DNA of 64,000 nt from Candidatus Latescibacterota bacterium. GTDB taxonomy: Bacteria > Latescibacterota > UBA2968 > UBA8231. Shown piece by piece: positions 30,791 to 40,471 of this stretch; positions within the stretch are counted from its first letter, which is position 1; every line of letters starts with the position of its first letter. A program made the translations under genes and the position numbers. The stretch lies in the NCBI GenBank assembly GCA_965248265.1, contig CBDFJF010000002.1, positions 1,376,001-1,440,000 of the forward strand. Direction: 5' to 3'. The notes beneath the pieces are model-generated. The model was not told the DNA's origin and searched no databases. It saw only the letters and a list, made by a program, of their open reading frames with translations.

Positions 30791-31946
30791 GTGCTCTGTT
30801 AAGAAATCGAGCTTGTACTTTGTCGTAAGTCGTGGTATCATGGATACATATGGTGAATCCGTCAGGAGGGTGATGCTATGTGTCTCCATGCTCGTTCGCC
30901 GAACGCGGCGGAGTCTAAGGAACTGGGACGGTGGCTGAAACGGCCTCGCAACGCCGTGCAGATGCGCCGTGGGCAGTTGATCTCGTTCAGCGCCCAGGGC
31001 ATGCGCGTCCAGGAGATCTCGGATACACTGCATCTGCATGAGGAGTACGTTCGCCAGTTGATCCGCCAGTACAACGAAGGGGGATTGACGGTTTTGCGCA
31101 CTCGGGCACGTCCGGGGCGTCCTTCGAAGTTGACGCCGGAGGACGAATCCGTGGTGGTGGAAATTGCCACGATGCCCCCCCGTGCATTCGGCCAGCCGTT
31201 CAACCAGTGGTCGTTGCGCAAGCTGACCGACTGCCTGGTGGGACGGCAGATGATTCCCGAGGTTTCGCATGTGACCATCGGAAAAATCCTGGATCAACAT
31301 AAGGTTACCTATCAACGGACGCGCACCTGGAAAGAATCAAAGGACCCGGAGTTTGTCTCTAAAAAAAACGCATCAACCGACTCTACAAGCGGGCGCCGAA
31401 AGACACGGTCGTAGTCTGTTTCGACGAACTGGGACCAGTCCAGATCAAGCCGCATGCCGGTGCTTCCTGGGCCCCACACAAGCGCCCGGTCCGGCATCGG
31501 GCAACCTATAGCCGCCACGGCGGCGTCAGCTATTTCTTTGGAGCCTATAACGTCCATGAGGACATCCTGTGGATGCATCACAAACCCAAGAAACATGCGT
31601 CGGTCGTACTCGATTTCCTCAAGGCCATTCGGCTCCGCTATCGCACGGCGGAGCGGATCTATGTCGTCATGGATAATCTGTCGACGCACAAGACACCGCC
31701 GATCCTGCAGTGGTGCCGACGAAACCGGGTCTCGCCGGTCTTCACCGCCACCAACGCGTCATGGATGAATCGGCTCGAATGTCACCTCACCGCAGCCCAT
31801 TATTTCGTCATTAAAAACAGCGATCCCAACGATCATCGAGAAGTCGGCCAGCGCATGCAGGAGTACCTGAGGTGGCGAAACAAGAACACGGACAACGCCA
31901 AGCTGGCCAAAGTCCAAAACTCAATGCCCACTCTTTAACAGAGCAC
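30791..31946 (+). mobile_element. IS630-family insertion sequence, copy 1 (1156 bp)
   Basis: TIR GTGCTCTGTTAA...TTAACAGAGCAC, duplicated TA within CTAG, HTH plus DDE transposase. Confidence 0.95.
30878..31938 (+). CDS. IS630 transposase expressed through a probable programmed -1 frameshift at A8C (31361-31369)
   Basis: OrfA with GRP and WSLRKL; the -1 frame gives [20 protein letters not shown]; the same A8 run is in both copies. Confidence 0.9.
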
Positions 31947-32609
31947 TAGAATGGTTCCGTGATTTCACTCCCCAGGATCCCGAGCATCGCCACCTGTCGC
32001 ATTGCTATGGTCTCCACCCGAGTGCGCAAATTACCGCCGAGCGCACGCCCGAGCTGTTCGAGGCCACCCGCAAAGCGGTGGAAAAACGAGGGGATGCCGG
32101 CACCGGTTGGTCGCTGGCCTGGAAGGTGAACCTGTGGGCCAGGCTTGGCGACGGCGACAGGGCATACTCATTCATCGCGAGGCTTATCACCCCGGTTAAC
32201 CCTGCGGTCCCCAGCGCCGGCGTGTACGCGAACCTCTTCGACGCTCATCCACCGTTTCAGATCGATGGCAATTTCGGGGTGTGTGCGGGGATCGCCGAGA
32301 TGCTGCTCCAGAGTCACGCGGATTCCCTCGACCTGCTCCCGGCGCTGCCGTCGGCATGGCCCGATGGCGAGGTGACAGGGCTTCGGGCCCGCGGAGGATT
32401 CGAAGTCGACATCACCTGGCGTGGCGGCGAGTTGCACCGGGCCAATGTCACTTCTCTGAACGGCAACCGGCTGGCGCTGCGCTACCGCGAGCGGACGGTG
32501 GAAGTGGCCTCCAGCCAGGGTTCGCGCCATGAGTTCGATGCGGGACTGCAGGTAGTGTAGCAGCAACGGCGACTGAATCGAGCCTACTTCCGTGACAGGG
32601 CACTAGCTC

Positions 32610-33710
32610 CTACGCTGAGGCGATGGTCAGCTGCTTCATCTTGTCATCATCCAATTCGATTCCCAGCCCCGGACCCTCTGGCGGGTACAGGTGGCTCTCC
32701 TCGGCCCGGATGCGCTTCTTGGCGGGCGACGCCGTGTACAGCAGGGGACCAGCCGGATCGGAAGGAAGATCCAGGTTGGGGACCGAAACCCCCAGGTGAA
32801 CGGCCCCCGCCGTGCCCACGGTGGAATCCTGGTCGGTCGAAAGCAAGGTCTTGAAACCAGCGGACTCCGCCAGCGCGAACATGCGGCGGACGTAGGTCGG
32901 CCCAAACCAGATCCAGGCCAGGTTCAGGACCGTACAGGCGCCTCGTTCAATCGCCTCGTAGCCGTGCTCCAGATTCCATATATGCATGCTCGTCGGCACA
33001 TCCATGCGCTTGACGAACTCAGCGGACACCTTCATGTCGTTGGATGGTTGCTCGAAGTTGTAGGGCTCATGGTGACGCAGCACGTTGGCATAGCGCAACG
33101 GGGTTTCCCAATCCGGAAAATTGCCGATGAGATCGATAGACTTCAGACGTATGCTGTCACCAAACCGGGCTTTCATCTCAGTCAAAAACCGGTTGTCCTT
33201 TTCAGCGTCGCCGGAGATGTAGAAGCGGAAAAGGTGATGTCCCAGATCCACCAGCCGCTGCAGGTAACTGGCATTGCGCTCGAAGCCTTCACTCAAATGC
33301 TCCCCGATGATGGGATAACAGAAGTACACGCTTTCCCGCACCTTGCCGCCCATCAGGGCATAGGCTGGCACACCCTGCATTTTGCCGTTGAGGTCGTAGA
33401 GCGCCAGATCGATGGCAGCCGTCAAGTGCGCGTTGTTGACCGTGCTTTCGAAGTCCTGCGCTCGCATTAATTCATTGATTTCAGTAATACGGGTGGCATC
33501 GCGTCCGATCAGCAGCTCGCTGTAGCGCTTCGTTATCGCGCCCAGGTCATCCGCCTTGCTGTCCGGTGCTTCCCCCAGGCCTACCAGCCCATCATCCACA
33601 TAAAGCTTGATGATGACGTGGCCAGTTGGTGATTCGTCGCTTTTGACGGGGTGCTCCTGGTAATAGCGGGGGGTCAGAATCTGAAACGCTTCGACTTTCG
33701 TGATCTTCAT
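32610..33710 (-). CDS. Enolase-superfamily (MR/MLE) enzyme with a non-canonical active site
   Basis: GLGE, IDLALYDLNGK, GGKVR, FEQP, PEGPGLGIELD. Confidence 0.85.
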   Translation of the reverse strand: MKITKVEAFQILTPRYYQEHPVKSDESPTGHVIIKLYVDDGLVGLGEAPDSKADDLGAITKRYSELLIGRDATRITEINELMRAQDFESTVNNAHLTAAIDLALYDLNGKMQGVPAYALMGGKVRESVYFCYPIIGEHLSEGFERNASYLQRLVDLGHHLFRFYISGDAEKDNRFLTEMKARFGDSIRLKSIDLIGNFPDWETPLRYANVLRHHEPYNFEQPSNDMKVSAEFVKRMDVPTSMHIWNLEHGYEAIERGACTVLNLAWIWFGPTYVRRMFALAESAGFKTLLSTDQDSTVGTAGAVHLGVSVPNLDLPSDPAGPLLYTASPAKKRIRAEESHLYPPEGPGLGIELDDDKMKQLTIASA

Positions 33711-33761
33711 GAATGATTCCTCGGTGGCTGATTATGTAATTTCATGACCAGACAAGAATTT

Positions 33762-34607
33762 CTACGACCAGACAAAAATCTCTTCATCGTCCGGGGACAT
33801 GCCAACGAAAGCTGCCAGCACGATACGCGGCTGCTCACCCGTCACCGGTGGTACTTCATGGATGTTTTCTGAAAAGAAAAAGTAGAGGTCTCCGGGTTCA
33901 AGCTGAATCTGAATCCGGGGGATGGCGCGCTCGGCGGCGTACTGCTTGAAGGTGCCTGCGGTGATGTATTCCTGCACGTCGGGTGTCCAGGGGCAGTTGT
34001 AGAGGAAAGGCTCTCCGCTTTCGCCCCCCTGCACTGAGTTCTGGAAACACATCACTCCGGCAAACTGATGCTGGAACCTGGATACCTGGAAATCGAACAG
34101 CTTCTGCCGCTTGGCGACGGAATCAAAGTGCGGGCCGTGTCCTTTGCCGGCATGGTAAGTGCGGAAGACGGCCGGTCCGTAGAGGCGTCCATCCGGCTCT
34201 CGGGCGGTCATCACTCGCTTGTCAGGTGCCAGGCGTGACAACATCTCGTAGAGTTTCTTTACCGGATCATCATGCCCCTCGAACAAGGTGCTGAAGAGTT
34301 CATGCGTGTCGGCGGCGTCAGCGAAGAATTTTTCGGGGTCAGCACTGCCTACGGAGAAATGGGGGCCGACGTACACCGGTCCGCCGCCATCCGGGGACGG
34401 ACCCGGGTCGTATGCCAGGCCACGGTCGAAGAGCCGGTTGACGAGGGCCACACAGTCATCGGGATTGAAGGCTTTTCGCAGGACAATCCCTGGTATTTCT
34501 CCCGCCGCCAGCGCATCGAGAGGTCGTTGATACTTCTTCAATATGTCTGTTACACTGCCCTCGGCGGGTGTCCACGCACCGGGTGCTGTCATTCCTGTTG
34601 GACTCAT
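33762..34607 (-). CDS. Fe(II)/2OG oxygenase
   Basis: PHFD, PGDLYFF...IHEV..V.G..PR; start may be 34592. Confidence 0.75.
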   Translation of the reverse strand: MSPTGMTAPGAWTPAEGSVTDILKKYQRPLDALAAGEIPGIVLRKAFNPDDCVALVNRLFDRGLAYDPGPSPDGGGPVYVGPHFSVGSADPEKFFADAADTHELFSTLFEGHDDPVKKLYEMLSRLAPDKRVMTAREPDGRLYGPAVFRTYHAGKGHGPHFDSVAKRQKLFDFQVSRFQHQFAGVMCFQNSVQGGESGEPFLYNCPWTPDVQEYITAGTFKQYAAERAIPRIQIQLEPGDLYFFFSENIHEVPPVTGEQPRIVLAAFVGMSPDDEEIFVWS

Positions 34608-34713
34608 ACCACGCTCGTGGGTGTCATTCGACCAGGGACTCGCGAAACCCGATAATAACCCCCTGAAAGGTCTGGCCGCAAAAAAAGTATTCTCACTCGA
34701 GGAGCGAGCTCAC

Positions 34714-35649
34714 ATGCCCTGGTTGCAGACGGAAGAAAGCATTGGCTTTTTGGGAATCTACGCCCACCCCCACGATTGCACCCACGCTCTGGGGACGATG
34801 GGCAATCATGTAAAAAAGGGAGATACAGCCACCGTGGCGATCATGACCGACGGGGGCGCCACCCACAACGAGCGCCTCTGGGAGGAGCTGCACAAGGAGG
34901 AAGGCGAGCGCAACACCGGTGTGACCGAGCAGGACCGGAAGGAGTACGCCGATCAGAAGTACGAGGAGGCGAAGCTCGCCTGTTCCTACTTCGGGGTTAC
35001 CGACGTCCGCTTTCTCGGGTATGCCGACAAGCCGATCATCCGCACGGACGAGATGGTTCAGACGGTGGTGGAACTGATCTGCGACGTTCGCCCCGAAATT
35101 CTGATCACCGAGGTGCCCGCGCTGCACTGGATGGATCGCACCTTCGCCACACCGGACGATCACAGCACGTGCTCCGCCGTGGTCACCGAAGCCCTGTTGA
35201 TCGCCGCGCACCCCCGCCCCGGGGATCAAGGACGGGTTCCCCACAGCACTGGCCGCATTTTCTACATGGCCCCGGGACAGCCCGCAGACCAGGTGGACTA
35301 CTACGTGGACACCTCCGAATGGGAGGAGGAGCGCATCAAGGCGGAGATGTGTTACGCTTCGCAGGGACACACGCCATCCTATGCCCGCGAGCGTGTCATG
35401 CGCACCTGCGGCGGCTACGGTTGGGCGGCAGGGGTCAATCTGGCGGAGAAATTTCTGAAGGGGAACGCCAATGTCAGCTCGTTCCTGCCGATCACCGATC
35501 TCGACCTTCAACGGTCCAGAGGCTCCGGCATCGATCACGCCATCAGCGTCATGGGTGAGGAATACCGGGAGGAGGTGGATCGCACCCTTCGCGCCAAGGC
35601 GACAAGCGAGAGGTTAATCTCTGGCGACGGCAAGTTTCATCCTCCTTGA
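34714..35649 (+). CDS. PIG-L/LmbE-family deacetylase
   Basis: AHPHD, TDG, DDH, Y.SQ, AEKF; GAGGAG RBS before ATG 34714. Confidence 0.8.
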   Translation: MPWLQTEESIGFLGIYAHPHDCTHALGTMGNHVKKGDTATVAIMTDGGATHNERLWEELHKEEGERNTGVTEQDRKEYADQKYEEAKLACSYFGVTDVRFLGYADKPIIRTDEMVQTVVELICDVRPEILITEVPALHWMDRTFATPDDHSTCSAVVTEALLIAAHPRPGDQGRVPHSTGRIFYMAPGQPADQVDYYVDTSEWEEERIKAEMCYASQGHTPSYARERVMRTCGGYGWAAGVNLAEKFLKGNANVSSFLPITDLDLQRSRGSGIDHAISVMGEEYREEVDRTLRAKATSERLISGDGKFHPP

Positions 35650-35758
35650 AAGTCCCACTCGGTGTCACGCGGTCAAGGTTGAGCCTTGAACCGGAAGCGC
35701 GAACTCACGACCTTCGCTGTTCCTGTTTGAAACGGGGCTTTGAGCGGAAGGTCGTGGA

Positions 35759-37360
35759 ATGAAACCACGAAGGCGAAAATTCGGCACCGTTGCCGGTCCA
35801 CATCCGAAGACGGCAGCCGCCGGCATGGAGATGTTGAAGGCTGGAGGCAACGCCGTCGACGCAGCGGTCGCCGCCGCCTTCGCCGAGGGCGTGGTCGAAC
35901 CGCGACATAATGGCGTGGCCGGGTACGGTGGCTGCATGCTCGTCTACCTGGCAGCCAAGCGCAAGGTGGTCTCAATCGACTACAACAGCACGGCCCCGGA
36001 TGCTGCGTCGGCGCGAATGTTCCAAATCGAGAAAACCAACACGCCGGCTGGCTATCGGGTTCCGGGCGGTGCCAACGCCCATGGACCGCTGGCGGTCGGG
36101 GTGCCCGGGGTCGTGGCCGGCCTGTGTCTGGCCCTACGGCGATTCGGCAGCATGCCGCTGGCGGATGTGATGGCGCCGGCTATACGTGCCGCCCGTTACG
36201 GCTTTGTGCCCAACAAAATCACGCGTGGTGGCCTGGTCGAGGAGGCGAAGCGCTGGCGTCGTGATTTTCCGGAGACGGCACGGGTATTTCTCGACAGTAG
36301 AGGACGCGCTCCCCGAGCCGGCGAACGCACGGCCAACAGAGACCTGGCGCGGACGCTGGAGATGATCGCGTCGGAAGGCCCCGGTGTGTTCTACCGCGGC
36401 GCTCTTGGCAAGACGATTGCCGATCACATTCAACAGCTCGGAGGATGCCTGACCATCGGCGATTTGCGCTCCTATCGCGCGCGCGTCCAGTCGCCGTGCG
36501 AAGTTTTGTACCGTGATTGTCAGGTCTACACGCCGCCTGTGGGCGCCGGAGGTTTGACGACGCTTCAGATGCTTCGGCTGATTGAGGGTTACGATGTCGC
36601 CGCCATGTCCATGGTCGAGCGCCTGCATCTGTGTATCGAGGCCATGAAGGTCTGTTGGCCGGAGCGCCTGCGCCGATTTGGCGATGCGGACTTCGTCGAT
36701 TTCGATGACGCGAATGAACTATCGGACGAACTCATCACCCGTCTTGGACGTCGGCTTCAGCGTGGGCTGAAGTCTCCAAAACCCGGGAAGGTTGTTGCAC
36801 ACGAGCCCCTCAGTTGTACCAGTCACATCTCCACTGCCGATAGCGCCGGCAACATGGTTTCACTGACACAGACTCACGGAGGCTCGTTCGGGTCGATGGT
36901 GACGGTGCCGGGCACCGGGCTGCTCCTCGGGCACGGCGTCGGCCGCTTCGATCCGAGGCCGGGATGGGCAAACTCCATAGCGGGGGGAAAACGGCCGCTG
37001 CACAATATGTCGCCGCTCATTGCAACGCGAGATGGGAGGCCATTTGCCTCTTACGGCATACCCGGAGGTCGCACCATCGTCAACAACCAGCTCTCTTTTT
37101 CGATCGGGCTCATCGATCTCGGTAAGAGCGCACAACAAGTATTGAGTGCTCCTCGGATCCATTGCGAGGGGGGCGAGCCCGTGGGCATCGAACGGCGAGC
37201 AGGTAAACGGGTACTGGGTGGCCTGCGCCAACTCGGCCATACACTCGAGCTCGAAAGCGGCATCGGCGGTCCAGGTCACGCGATCGTCCTGGAAGAGGAT
37301 GCCGCCGTGCAATCGGGCGCTACCGACCCGCGATTTGAAGGGAGCGTGAAGGCTTCCTGA
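35759..37360 (+). CDS. ggt: Gamma-glutamyltransferase family Ntn-hydrolase
   Basis: GGNAVDAAVA, GVPG, TSH.S.AD..GNMVS.T.T, GKRP..NMSP, DPR.EG. Confidence 0.9.
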   Translation: MKPRRRKFGTVAGPHPKTAAAGMEMLKAGGNAVDAAVAAAFAEGVVEPRHNGVAGYGGCMLVYLAAKRKVVSIDYNSTAPDAASARMFQIEKTNTPAGYRVPGGANAHGPLAVGVPGVVAGLCLALRRFGSMPLADVMAPAIRAARYGFVPNKITRGGLVEEAKRWRRDFPETARVFLDSRGRAPRAGERTANRDLARTLEMIASEGPGVFYRGALGKTIADHIQQLGGCLTIGDLRSYRARVQSPCEVLYRDCQVYTPPVGAGGLTTLQMLRLIEGYDVAAMSMVERLHLCIEAMKVCWPERLRRFGDADFVDFDDANELSDELITRLGRRLQRGLKSPKPGKVVAHEPLSCTSHISTADSAGNMVSLTQTHGGSFGSMVTVPGTGLLLGHGVGRFDPRPGWANSIAGGKRPLHNMSPLIATRDGRPFASYGIPGGRTIVNNQLSFSIGLIDLGKSAQQVLSAPRIHCEGGEPVGIERRAGKRVLGGLRQLGHTLELESGIGGPGHAIVLEEDAAVQSGATDPRFEGSVKAS

Positions 37361-37450
37361 TGCTGACCAAGGAGAAATCAACCACTTCGACACCTTCGGT
37401 TTCCTGGTGCATCGCCAGGCGTTCGACTCCGCGGAGATGACGGCGCTGTC
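37360..37450 (+). pseudogene. N-terminal remnant of a PhyH-family gene
   Basis: ATG overlaps the ggt stop; MLT..EINHFDTFGFLVHRQAFDSAEM with a 1-bp shift, then ends. Confidence 0.6.
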
Positions 37451-37474
37451 TCATAACCATACTGCAGGAGGCGT

Positions 37475-38596
37475 ATGAGTTCGGTTGATATCGAAACACC
37501 GGCGGTACTCATCGACCGCGTCAAGCTGGAGGCGAATCTGCAGGGGATGCAGGAGCTGGCGCAGGAGCATAGCCTGGTCCTGCGTCCCCATGCCAAGACG
37601 CACAAGTCGGTAGAAATCGGACGGCACCAGGTCGAACTCGGGGCCTGTGGTCTGACGGTGGCTACCGTCGACGAGGCACTGGTTTTTGGCAATCATGGTG
37701 TTGCGTCGATTACCATTTCCCGGCCGGTCGTTTCACCGGAGAAGTTCGAGCGGCTGTTCGCAAGTCTTCCGCAGGGGGTCGACCTGAGAGTCGTCGTCGA
37801 TTCCGAACTCGGCGTGGAGGCGATATCGGGGCGAGCTGCTGCGTCTGGTAGAAAGCCTGGTGTTTTCATCAAGGTCGATGTCGGCCTGGGTCGCTGCGGC
37901 GTTGATCCCGAGGGGAGGGCTGCGCTTGAGTTGGCGCAGCTCATCGATGATGATGCCGATCTGGAGTTCAGGGGGATTCTCTCCCACGCCGGCCAGGCCT
38001 ATGCCGCCGGGTCGCCTGATGAGGCTGCCGATATCGCGGAGGCGGAGAGGCTGACGATGCTGGCAGTCCGGGATGGGCTCGTCGACGGAGGGATTTCGGT
38101 ACCGGAGGTCTCCGTCGGCTCGACGCCGACCGTGTTAGCCGCCAAGAGTTTCGAGGGCATCACGGAGATCCGCCCCGGCAACTACGCGTTTTTGGATCTA
38201 CTGCCGATCGGGGTGGGTGTGGTCACTGAAGAGCAGGTTGCACTGACCGTACTGGCAACCATTATCAGCAAGAATTCGCGTTATTTCGTCACCGATGCCG
38301 GCTCGAAGACGCTGACTTCCGACTCAGGAGTCCATGGCATGACCGGCACGCAGGGATTCGGTGCAGCCTATCCAGAGGATAGGTATCTGAGTCCTGATCA
38401 CCGGCTGCGGGTAGAGGGATTGTCCGAGGAGCATGGCAAACTCGCACGCACCGATTTCGATTTGCCAGTCGGATCACGGGTCAGAATCATCTCGAATCAT
38501 TCCTGTCCGGTTGCCAATCTGGCGCAGGAGCTCGTGGTCGTCGAAGGTGATTCGATTGCTATGTGGCCGATCGACGCGGCGAAGGGTTCGCGCTAG
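37475..38596 (+). CDS. Fold-type III PLP enzyme (D-serine dehydratase/D-threonine aldolase-like)
   Basis: TPAVLID, LRPHAKTHK, RCGV, SVGSTPT, EIRPGNY, DAGSK, SEEHG, NHSC. Confidence 0.9.
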   Translation: MSSVDIETPAVLIDRVKLEANLQGMQELAQEHSLVLRPHAKTHKSVEIGRHQVELGACGLTVATVDEALVFGNHGVASITISRPVVSPEKFERLFASLPQGVDLRVVVDSELGVEAISGRAAASGRKPGVFIKVDVGLGRCGVDPEGRAALELAQLIDDDADLEFRGILSHAGQAYAAGSPDEAADIAEAERLTMLAVRDGLVDGGISVPEVSVGSTPTVLAAKSFEGITEIRPGNYAFLDLLPIGVGVVTEEQVALTVLATIISKNSRYFVTDAGSKTLTSDSGVHGMTGTQGFGAAYPEDRYLSPDHRLRVEGLSEEHGKLARTDFDLPVGSRVRIISNHSCPVANLAQELVVVEGDSIAMWPIDAAKGSR

Positions 38597-39751
38597 TGCT
38601 CTGTTAAAGAGTGGGCATTGAGTTTTGGACTTTGGCCAGCTTGGCGTTGTCGGTGTTCTTGTTTCGCCACCTCAGGTACTCCTGCATGCGCTGGCCGACT
38701 TCTCGATGATCGTTGGGATCGCTGTTTTTGATGACGAAGTAATGGGCTGCCGTGAGGTGACATTCGAGCCGATTCATCCATGACGCGTTGGTGGCGGTGA
38801 AGACCGGCGAGACCCGGTTTCGTCGGCACCACTGCAAGATCGGCGGTGTCTTGTGCGTCGACAGATTATCCATGACGACATAGATCCGCTTCGCCGTGCG
38901 ATAGCGGAGCCGAATGGCCTTGAGGAAATCGAGTACGACCGACGCGTGTTTCTTGGGTTTGTGATGCATCCACAGGATGTCCTCATGGACGTTATAGGCT
39001 CCAAAGAAATAGCTGACGCCGCCGTGGCGGCTATAGGTTGCCCGATGCCGGACCGGGCGCTTGTGTGGGGCCCAGGAAGCACCGGCATGCGGCTTGATCT
39101 GGACTGGTCCCAGTTCGTCGAAACAGACTACGACCGTGTCTTTCGGCGCCCGCTTGTAGAGTCGGTTGATGCGTTTTTTTTAGAGACAAACTCCGGGTCC
39201 TTTGATTCTTTCCAAGTGCGCGTCCGTTGATAGGTAACCTTATGTTGATCCAGGATTTTTCCGATGGTCACATGCGAAACCTCGGGAATCATCTGCCGTC
39301 CCACCAGGCAGTCGGTCAGCTTGCGCAACGACCACTGGTTGAACGGCTGGCCGAACGCGCGAGGAGGCATCGTGGCAATTTCCACCACCACGGATTCGTC
39401 TTCCGGCGTCAACTTCGAAGGACGCCCCGGACGTGCCCGAGTGCGCAAAACCGTCAATCCCCCTTCGTTGTACTGGCGGATCAACTGGCGAACGTACTCC
39501 TCATGCAGATGCAGTGTATCCGAGATCTCCTGGACGCGCATGCCCTGGGCGCTGAACGAGATCAACTGCCCACGGCGCATCTGCACGGCGTTGCGAGGCC
39601 GTTTCAGCCACCGTCCCAGTTCCTTAGACTCCGCCGCGTTCGGCGAACGAGCATGGAGACACATAGCATCACCCTCCTGAAGGATTCACCATATGTATCC
39701 ATGATACCACGACTTACGACAAAGTACAAGCTCGATTTCTTAACAGAGCAC
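38596..39751 (-). mobile_element. IS630-family insertion sequence, copy 2 (inverted)
   Basis: Same TIRs and CTAG/TA target; about 99% identical to copy 1. Confidence 0.95.
38604..39664 (-). CDS. IS630 transposase (-1 frameshift)
   Basis: Protein identical to copy 1 except ERIY to KRIY. Confidence 0.9.
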
Positions 39752-39754
39752 TAG

Positions 39755-40471
39755 GTGCCTAATTCAATCCAATACACCTTCATCCTCGACCACGGCCAGG
39801 AGAGAACCTTCGAGTTGAAACTGGAGCCGAAGTCGCTGGGACTATTACACGAGGACCGTGAATCGGTGCCGGAATGGGCGGCACTCTCGTGCTGCAAGTG
39901 CCCGAATTGCCCGCTGGACGAAGCCGTCCACCCTCACTGTCCGATCGCGATCAACATCAGCGAGCTTGTGGATTTCTTCAAGGACGAGATGTCGTACGAG
40001 AAGCTGGACGTGCGCGTCAGCACGGATGAACGCAGCTACGTGAAGCACACGACCATGACGGAGGCGGTGAGCTCACTACTGGGGATCTACATGGTCACCA
40101 GTGGTTGTCCGGTGATGGACAAGCTGCGGCCGATGGTGCGATTCCATCTGCCCCTCGCCACGGCCGAGGAGACCACCTTCCGAGCGTTGGCGATGTACCT
40201 GGTGGCGCAGTACTTCCTGGCGCAGCGAGGCGAGGAACCGGACTGGGAGCTGCGCGGCCTGCCCGGTGTCTACAAGGAAGTGCAGATCGTCAACCAGAGT
40301 TTCGCCAATCGTCTTCGCGCAGCCGGAGGCAAGGATGCGAGTCCGAACGCGCTGGTACGGCTAGACACCTTCGCGAGTACGATTCTGATGTCGCTGGATT
40401 TCGATGAGATGGAAAATCTCGAGGCCCTGTTCGAGTCCTATTTCCCGCAGCGGTCTGACGGCGGGTCATGA
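39755..40471 (+). CDS. DUF6901-like Cys-rich protein
   Basis: W..L...KCPNCPL....HCP, LLG..M.TSGCP....LRPM.RFHLP. Confidence 0.7.
   Translation: MPNSIQYTFILDHGQERTFELKLEPKSLGLLHEDRESVPEWAALSCCKCPNCPLDEAVHPHCPIAINISELVDFFKDEMSYEKLDVRVSTDERSYVKHTTMTEAVSSLLGIYMVTSGCPVMDKLRPMVRFHLPLATAEETTFRALAMYLVAQYFLAQRGEEPDWELRGLPGVYKEVQIVNQSFANRLRAAGGKDASPNALVRLDTFASTILMSLDFDEMENLEALFESYFPQRSDGGS

Larger units (their letters stand above)
29006..32560 (+). pseudogene. GH95 alpha-L-fucosidase interrupted by IS630
   Basis: ALPVGNGRLGAM, QLNEDTLW, NLQGIWN, NINTEMNYW; after the IS, EW...HRHLSH...TGWS.AWK...[10 protein letters not shown]; removing the IS and one TA restores the frame (LLEWF). Confidence 0.9.

Noticed and set aside
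30788-31949. Self-splicing intron or IStron in the fucosidase
   Set aside because: Fully explained by IS630 TIRs plus transposase; there is no room for a ribozyme
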